Shown here piece by piece: positions 58,478 to 64,000 of a stretch of 64,000 nucleotides of DNA. This DNA is from Psilocybe cubensis (Eukaryota): assembly GCA_017499595.2 (NCBI GenBank), contig CM039002.1, positions 2,108,001 to 2,172,000 of the forward strand, written 5' to 3'. Under the pieces are notes generated by a model. The model was given only the letters and a program-made list of their open reading frames with translations. It did no database searches and was not told where the DNA came from. The translations under genes were made by a program, and so were the position numbers. Numbering within the stretch: position 1 is the stretch's first letter; each line of letters opens with the position of its first letter.

Positions 58478-58488
58478 AGATTGAAGCT
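58478..58488 (+). promoter_or_regulatory. Primer-binding site, self-priming type
   Basis: agattgaagct lies 2 nt after the LTR end and is the exact reverse complement of agcttcaatct at 58299-58309 inside the LTR. No TGG (tRNA CCA complement) start. Confidence 0.8.
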
Positions 58489-58979
58489 CTCTCAAGACAA
58501 CTCCACCATCTCTCTTTCAACACCAAACTCTTCACCTCTTCAACCTCTTCAACACCATTACCTCAACCTTCTTTCTCCACTTCCAACCCACCAACCTCTT
58601 CATCAACCTCTTCACCAATCTTCTTACCAATCTCTACATCTCCACCAATCTTCAACATCCTCCTCAAAACCTTTCCTCAAGACCTTTCCTCAAGACCTTT
58701 GGCTCATCATCTTTCCTACTCTCTGTTGTGTGCTGTGTGTGAACTTAGTAGATAGGGATACCAACTGTTGGGGCAGACACAGTCCTACTAGTGTTCTGTT
58801 TTTGGTGGTCTAGGAAATATCCAGTAACCCTGTGATCCTAGGTTTAGAGCCCTGAGTGGTGTGACAACTGGGTATCCAGTAGATAGATATTTTTTTAGAA
58901 TACTTAGTATAGTTTCAAGGGCACTTTCAGTAGATAGCTTCTCCCACACACACATCAGAGAGCCTACCTACCCCTACCC

Positions 58980-60089
58980 ATGGACATGGACCCCTCCCAA
59001 TTGCCTCCCACCACTCCTTCTGTGGAAGAGCTCATGCATCAGGTCCAGCTCCTTACCCAAGAGTTGAATTTTCTTAGACAGCAACAGCAGTCATTATCCA
59101 CTCTACCACACCCTCAGCAACCAGTCAGTCAGTCACCATCACCACCACCACCACCACCACCTGCTGCTCTAGATATTCACTCTTTCCCTACCCCTCATGT
59201 TGCCCCTTCCTGTTCACACTCTGCCATTAAAGTCTCACCTCCAGATCCATTTGATGGTTCTATGGAGAAGGCAGAAAACTTCCTCAGTCAGCTTAAATTA
59301 TATTTCTATGGGAAAGGGATTACAGATGACTTTCAGAAAGTTATTTGTGCTCTATCTCATATGAAAGGAGGTACTGCTGGGAAGTGGGCATATGAGAAGA
59401 CTAAAGTAATAGACAATGCTCAGTCCCAAGAAGGTCTTTGGGCTGACTTTGTTTATGAATTTAGGGAAGTGTTTGCAGATCCAGACCCCTCCAACACAGC
59501 TAAGCATAAAATGCACATGCTCAAGCAAGGCAGACAGACTGCTGATGAGTATGTTGCTAGCTTCAGGGCTCTGATCTCAGATACTGGGTATAATGATGCT
59601 GCTTTGGTAGACCAATTCAAGGCTGGGCTTAATGAAAATCTCAGGAATGCAGTCTACTATGTTCCTGACATGCCCAAAACCTTGGATGGATGGATTAAAT
59701 GGAGTACTAGGCTAGATAGGCAGTGGAGACAGAGTGAGGCCTTTACCAAGTCTCTTTCCTCCTCCTCTTCTTCTCCCTTCCTTAAAGCCCCAACTCCCAA
59801 GGCTGTTCCTAAGCCTACTCCAAATCCTCCAGTCTTTTCCAACAGCAGCTCAAGGACTTTTGGTGCTCAGGCAAAGCAACCAGATGTAGTTCCCATGGAG
59901 GTTGACTCTGGATGGAAGTCAGTTAGGCCAATTGTTTGCTTCAAGTGCAGAAAGCCTGGTCATAAGGCTGTAAACTGCAGGTCATCAGTTAACATCAATG
60001 CTATGACCCATGAAGAACTGGCTGACTACTTTGGGAAATTAATCTTGGAAGGCAAGGAGCAGAAAGATGAGGAAAAGAAAAATTTTTAG
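58980..60089 (+). CDS. gag: Retrotransposon Gag
   Basis: PDPFDG...FLSQL, LKQG...ADEYV...F, VVPMEVD, and the CCHC knuckle CFKCRKPGHKAVNC. Confidence 0.93.
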   Translation: MDMDPSQLPPTTPSVEELMHQVQLLTQELNFLRQQQQSLSTLPHPQQPVSQSPSPPPPPPPAALDIHSFPTPHVAPSCSHSAIKVSPPDPFDGSMEKAENFLSQLKLYFYGKGITDDFQKVICALSHMKGGTAGKWAYEKTKVIDNAQSQEGLWADFVYEFREVFADPDPSNTAKHKMHMLKQGRQTADEYVASFRALISDTGYNDAALVDQFKAGLNENLRNAVYYVPDMPKTLDGWIKWSTRLDRQWRQSEAFTKSLSSSSSSPFLKAPTPKAVPKPTPNPPVFSNSSSRTFGAQAKQPDVVPMEVDSGWKSVRPIVCFKCRKPGHKAVNCRSSVNINAMTHEELADYFGKLILEGKEQKDEEKKNF

Positions 60090-60097
60090 AAGCACCA

Positions 60098-63000
60098 TTG
60101 GTGAAAGACATGTCCCAATGGAATAGATTTAATGTACTAGAAAATGAAATTGACAGACTTGATCCTCAGTCTTCAGATTCTGGTGCAGAAATCATGTCTT
60201 CTTCTTCCTCTCTTTCTACCTTCCCTGAAAAGATCTACATCCTCAACCATAATCCTAAAACCTCTACCCATTTGTCTGTCATCTTAAAGACAATGGACAC
60301 AGAGAAAAGGTTATCTGTTGATGCTTTGCTTGATTCTGGAGCTACTGGCCTCTTTCTGCATTCTGGTTTTGTGAAGTATCATAATCTCAATACAAGGAAA
60401 CTTCCTAGAGCCATTCCAGTCTATAATGTTGATGGTACTCTCAACAAGAGTGGCTCTATCCATGAGGAAGTAGACTTAATTATGGTACACAAAAACCATA
60501 CAGAAAGGGCCACCTTTGCTGTTTGTGACTTGGGAGACAAATCTGCTATCATTGGACATACTTGGCTTTGGCACCATAATCCAGATGTTGATTGGAAGAC
60601 AGGAGATGTTCAGTTTATTAGATGTCCCTCTGACTGCCAAATGGAAGCCAAAAGAGCCAGAAGAAAAAGGCAGAGAATAGCTGCAGTCAAAAGGAGGAAA
60701 CTCCCTCAATTTGATGAAGAAGAAGATGATTCTATTGAAGATTCTTCTGATTCTGAGATTGAGCCTGAGGACAGAATTTTTATCTCATACCTTCATCCTC
60801 AGAAGCAGTCTATTAATGCTACTTCTACTATGTCTCAAAGATTAGCAGAAGAGTCTCATCAGCAAGCTGTTTCCCCTAAGAAAACCTTTGAAGAAACTGT
60901 TCCTAAGCACTATCATCAGTTTAAAGGTGTTTTTTCAAAGGAATCTTTTGATAGGCTACCAGACAGAAAGCCTTGGGATCATGCTATTGAGCTGAAACCT
61001 GGTTCTGAACCTTACAGATCCAAGATTTATCCTCTTTCTCCCAATGAACAAAAGGAACTTGATGCCTTTTTAGAGGAAAATCTGAAGTCTGGCAGGATTA
61101 GACCCTCCAAGTCACCTATGGCCTCCCCTGTATTCTTTGTCAAGAAGAAGGATGGATCTCTTAGGCTTGTCCAGGACTATAGGAAACTGAATGAAATGAC
61201 CATCAAGAACTCCTACCCCCTTCCATTGATTTCTGACATTATCACCAAACTCAGCAAAGCCAAATACTTCACCAAACTTGATGTTAGGTGGGGATTTAAC
61301 AATGTCAGAATCAAAAAGGGAGATGAATGGAAAGCAGCCTTTAGAACCAATAGAGGGCTGTTTGAACCATTGGTCATGTTCTTTGGTTTAACCAATAGTC
61401 CTGCTACCTTCCAAACTATGATGAATGATATCTTTATTGAGCTCATTGATGGAAATGTTGTCATTGTCTACATGGATGACATTTTAATTTTCACTGAGAC
61501 TCTTGATCATCATAGAGAGGTAGTCAAGCAAGTTCTGCAAATCCTAGAACAGAACAAACTCTACCTTAAAGCAGAGAAATGTGAATTTGAAAAGGAAAAG
61601 ATTGAATATCTTGGACTAATCATTTCACAAGGCAGGATTGAGATGGATCCTGTTAAGGTAGAGGGAGTTTTTAAATGGCCTGAACCTGAAAATGTCAAGG
61701 ATGTCCAATCATTCTTGGGATTTGTTAATTTTTATAGAAGGTTCATAGAGGATTTTGCAGACATTGCTAAGCCCCTTCATGAATTGACAAAGAAAGGAAC
61801 AGTCTGGAGATGGGGTCTTAGACAGCAGGAAGCCTTTGACCAGTTAAAGAAGAAAGTCACTTCTTCACCTGTCTTGATTTTCCCTGATGATAACAAGCCA
61901 TATAAAGTTGAAGCAGACAGTTCAGATTATGCTACTGGGGCTGTTTTATCTCAGGAAGGATCAGATGGGAAATGGCATCCTGTAGCCTTTATGTCTAAGA
62001 GTCTATCTGAAGTAGAAAGGAATTATGAGATCCATGACAAAGAGATGCTGGCTATTATCAGAGCACTAGATGAATGGAGACATTATCTTGAAGGAACCCA
62101 ACATTCCTTTGAGATTTGGACAGACCACAAAAACTTAGAGTACTTTATGGTTGCCCAAAAGCTCAGCAGAAGGCAAGCCAGATGGTCACTCTTCCTGTCC
62201 AGATTTGATTTTACTCTTCATCATAGGCCTGGTAAAAGATCTCTTAAGCCAGATGCTTTGTCTAGGAGACCAGATCATAAAAAGGGAGAGAATGATAACC
62301 AAAATGTAGTTCTCCTCAAACCTTCCTACTTTAAAATCCAGGCTCTCAAGCAGGGTCATGCTACCATTACTGGTGCAGAAAATGATCTTCTTAAGAAGAT
62401 TAGAGAAGCTAAGGAGATGGATGAAAAGGTGGTCAAGGCAGTTCAGGAGCTCAAGAAATCTTCAACCAAGAAGATTGAAGGACAGGAATGGTCAGAAGAA
62501 CAAGGTCTTATTCTCTATAGGGGGAAGGTGTATGTTCCCAAGGACAAAGATCTTAGAAGAAAGATTGTGGAACTGCACCATAATGCCTTCATTGCTGGAC
62601 ATCCAGGGAAATGGAAGACAATTGAGCTAGTCTCTAGGAATTATTGGTGGCCAGGAATGTCACATTTTATTGCAGCCTATACCAGAGGTTGTGATAGATG
62701 CAACAGAACCAAAACCTTTCCAGCCAAACCTCTTGGTCTTTTAATTCCTACTGAGATTCCCTCTGATGTCTGGCAATGCATCTCTGTGGACTTTATTATG
62801 GGGTTACCAGAATGTCAAGGGTATAATGCCATTATGGTGGTTGTGGATAGACTTAGTAAAATGATCCACATTATCCCTACTACAGATGAAGTCACTTCTG
62901 AAGGGACAGCCAGACTATACAGAGATTATGTCTGGAAACACCATGGCTTACCCATTAAAATTCTGTGTGATAGAGGTCCACAGTTTGTCTCAAGGTTTAT

Positions 63001-63967
63001 GAAAGAACTCAACTCAATACTTGGTATCCAGACAGCCTCATCTACAGCCTACCATCCCCAAACTGATGGTCAGACTGAAAGAGTTAACCAAGAAATTGAG
63101 CAGTATCTTAGACTCTTTATAAACCATAGACAAGATGATTGGGTTGAATGGTTAGCTCTAGCTGAATTCTCTTATAACAATAGAGTTCAGGCTTCAACCA
63201 GGCAGACACCATTCATGCTCAATAATGGCAGACATCCCAGAATGGGCACTGAACCCCTTAGAGATAGTAAAATGGACACTGTGGATACCTTTGTGAAAAA
63301 TATGGAAGAAGCCAGGAAAGAAGCAGAGTCTGCACTTAGAAAAGCTGCTGATGATATGGCTAAATTCTATAATAGACACAGAGGTACTCCAACTCAGTAC
63401 AAAGTTGGGGATTTGGTATGGTTGGATGGCAAGGACCTCAAAACTGATAGGCCCTCCAAAAAATTGGATGATAAAAGATATGGGCCTTACAAAATTACCA
63501 AAGTTATTAGCCCTAATGCCTATGAGCTTAAGCTGCCATCTACCATGAAAATCCATCCAGTGTTCAATGTGGTTAAACTTCTACCTTATCACCCAGATAT
63601 TGTAGGAAGAAAGCCTCCTTCTAGACCACCACCTGTCATTCAAGGAGAAAATCCTGAGTGGGAAGTTGAATTTATCAAGGACAGTAGACTTTTTAGAAAC
63701 AAACTTCAATATTTGGTCAAGTGGAAGAACTATCCTAATGAAGAATGCACTTGGGAGCCTGCAGAGCATTTGAAAAATGCTTCTAAGGCTATCAAGGACT
63801 TCCATGCCAAACATCCTTCAGCACCTAGAAGGATTTCTGCTGTGACCTTTGATAGACTTTCTTTCACTCCTATTATTAACTTTACTGAACCTCCTCCTCT
63901 TCTTAAACCCTCTAAACTAACCCATCCATGTGCACATTGTGGAAAATGTGCCTTAGAGAGGGGGTGA
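60098..63967 (+). CDS. pol: Retrotransposon Pol (protease, RT, RNase H, integrase, chromodomain), likely expressed by -1 frameshift from gag
   Basis: LLDSGAT (PR); LRLVQDYRKLN and YMDD (RT); DSSDYATG...NYEIHDKEMLA (RH); HHCC, SVDF, DRGPQF, TDGQTER and GPY (IN); WEVEFI...YLVKWKNY...TWEP (chromodomain). Confidence 0.96.
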   Translation: MVKDMSQWNRFNVLENEIDRLDPQSSDSGAEIMSSSSSLSTFPEKIYILNHNPKTSTHLSVILKTMDTEKRLSVDALLDSGATGLFLHSGFVKYHNLNTRKLPRAIPVYNVDGTLNKSGSIHEEVDLIMVHKNHTERATFAVCDLGDKSAIIGHTWLWHHNPDVDWKTGDVQFIRCPSDCQMEAKRARRKRQRIAAVKRRKLPQFDEEEDDSIEDSSDSEIEPEDRIFISYLHPQKQSINATSTMSQRLAEESHQQAVSPKKTFEETVPKHYHQFKGVFSKESFDRLPDRKPWDHAIELKPGSEPYRSKIYPLSPNEQKELDAFLEENLKSGRIRPSKSPMASPVFFVKKKDGSLRLVQDYRKLNEMTIKNSYPLPLISDIITKLSKAKYFTKLDVRWGFNNVRIKKGDEWKAAFRTNRGLFEPLVMFFGLTNSPATFQTMMNDIFIELIDGNVVIVYMDDILIFTETLDHHREVVKQVLQILEQNKLYLKAEKCEFEKEKIEYLGLIISQGRIEMDPVKVEGVFKWPEPENVKDVQSFLGFVNFYRRFIEDFADIAKPLHELTKKGTVWRWGLRQQEAFDQLKKKVTSSPVLIFPDDNKPYKVEADSSDYATGAVLSQEGSDGKWHPVAFMSKSLSEVERNYEIHDKEMLAIIRALDEWRHYLEGTQHSFEIWTDHKNLEYFMVAQKLSRRQARWSLFLSRFDFTLHHRPGKRSLKPDALSRRPDHKKGENDNQNVVLLKPSYFKIQALKQGHATITGAENDLLKKIREAKEMDEKVVKAVQELKKSSTKKIEGQEWSEEQGLILYRGKVYVPKDKDLRRKIVELHHNAFIAGHPGKWKTIELVSRNYWWPGMSHFIAAYTRGCDRCNRTKTFPAKPLGLLIPTEIPSDVWQCISVDFIMGLPECQGYNAIMVVVDRLSKMIHIIPTTDEVTSEGTARLYRDYVWKHHGLPIKILCDRGPQFVSRFMKELNSILGIQTASSTAYHPQTDGQTERVNQEIEQYLRLFINHRQDDWVEWLALAEFSYNNRVQASTRQTPFMLNNGRHPRMGTEPLRDSKMDTVDTFVKNMEEARKEAESALRKAADDMAKFYNRHRGTPTQYKVGDLVWLDGKDLKTDRPSKKLDDKRYGPYKITKVISPNAYELKLPSTMKIHPVFNVVKLLPYHPDIVGRKPPSRPPPVIQGENPEWEVEFIKDSRLFRNKLQYLVKWKNYPNEECTWEPAEHLKNASKAIKDFHAKHPSAPRRISAVTFDRLSFTPIINFTEPPPLLKPSKLTHPCAHCGKCALERG
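63955..63967 (+). other. Polypurine tract (plus-strand primer)
   Basis: agagagggggtga immediately before the 3' LTR, overlapping the last pol codons and the stop. Confidence 0.8.
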
Positions 63968-64000
63968 TGTCAGGGTTTCTCCAGTTTCCCCTCTTTATCT
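63968..64000 (+). repeat. 3' LTR (partial)
   Basis: tgtcagggtttctccagtttcccctctttatct is identical to 58024-58056. Confidence 0.95.

Larger units (their letters stand above)
58024..64000 (+). mobile_element. Ty3/Gypsy LTR retrotransposon (chromovirus), apparently intact, 3' LTR truncated by the window end
   Basis: 5' LTR tgtcaggg...ccctgaca (58024-58475), gag, pol in PR-RT-RH-IN-CHD order, a PPT, and a 3' LTR starting at 63968 whose 33 visible bp are identical to the 5' LTR. Confidence 0.97.

Noticed and set aside
58490-58700. caacctctt and caagacctttc repeats and the 110-aa ORF in the retrotransposon leader
   Set aside because: Low-complexity C/T-rich 5' UTR with a non-ATG start; treated as ordinary leader sequence.

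Overview
Eukaryotic, intron-rich fungal DNA. Intron style and gene families point to an Agaricomycete (mushroom-type basidiomycete); this is inferred, not confirmed. Positions 1-46,000 are a gene-dense core: a CBM19-like secreted protein, a second secreted protein, complex I NDUFB8, a SAM methyltransferase, Cdb4/PA2G4, a RING-like+LysM-like protein, an ABCC/YOR1-type transporter, a Q-rich protein, a double-PHD MYST acetyltransferase, a LAMMER kinase, a cytochrome P450, Atg17, Arp3 and SelO/Fmp40, plus a ~600 bp TIR-bounded MITE-like element. Positions 46,000-64,000 are an accessory/TE zone: a large repeat-built orphan gene with in-frame stops, a decayed Plavaka-type transposase, and an apparently intact Ty3/Gypsy chromovirus cut off in its 3' LTR. 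That retrotransposon is the most striking object. By eye it has no CpG over ~6 kb yet both ORFs are open; it has an 11-nt Tf1-like self-priming PBS instead of a tRNA PBS; and it has a -1 slippery site in a 19-nt gag/pol overlap. Gene coordinates are outer start/stop estimates from manual intron reading.
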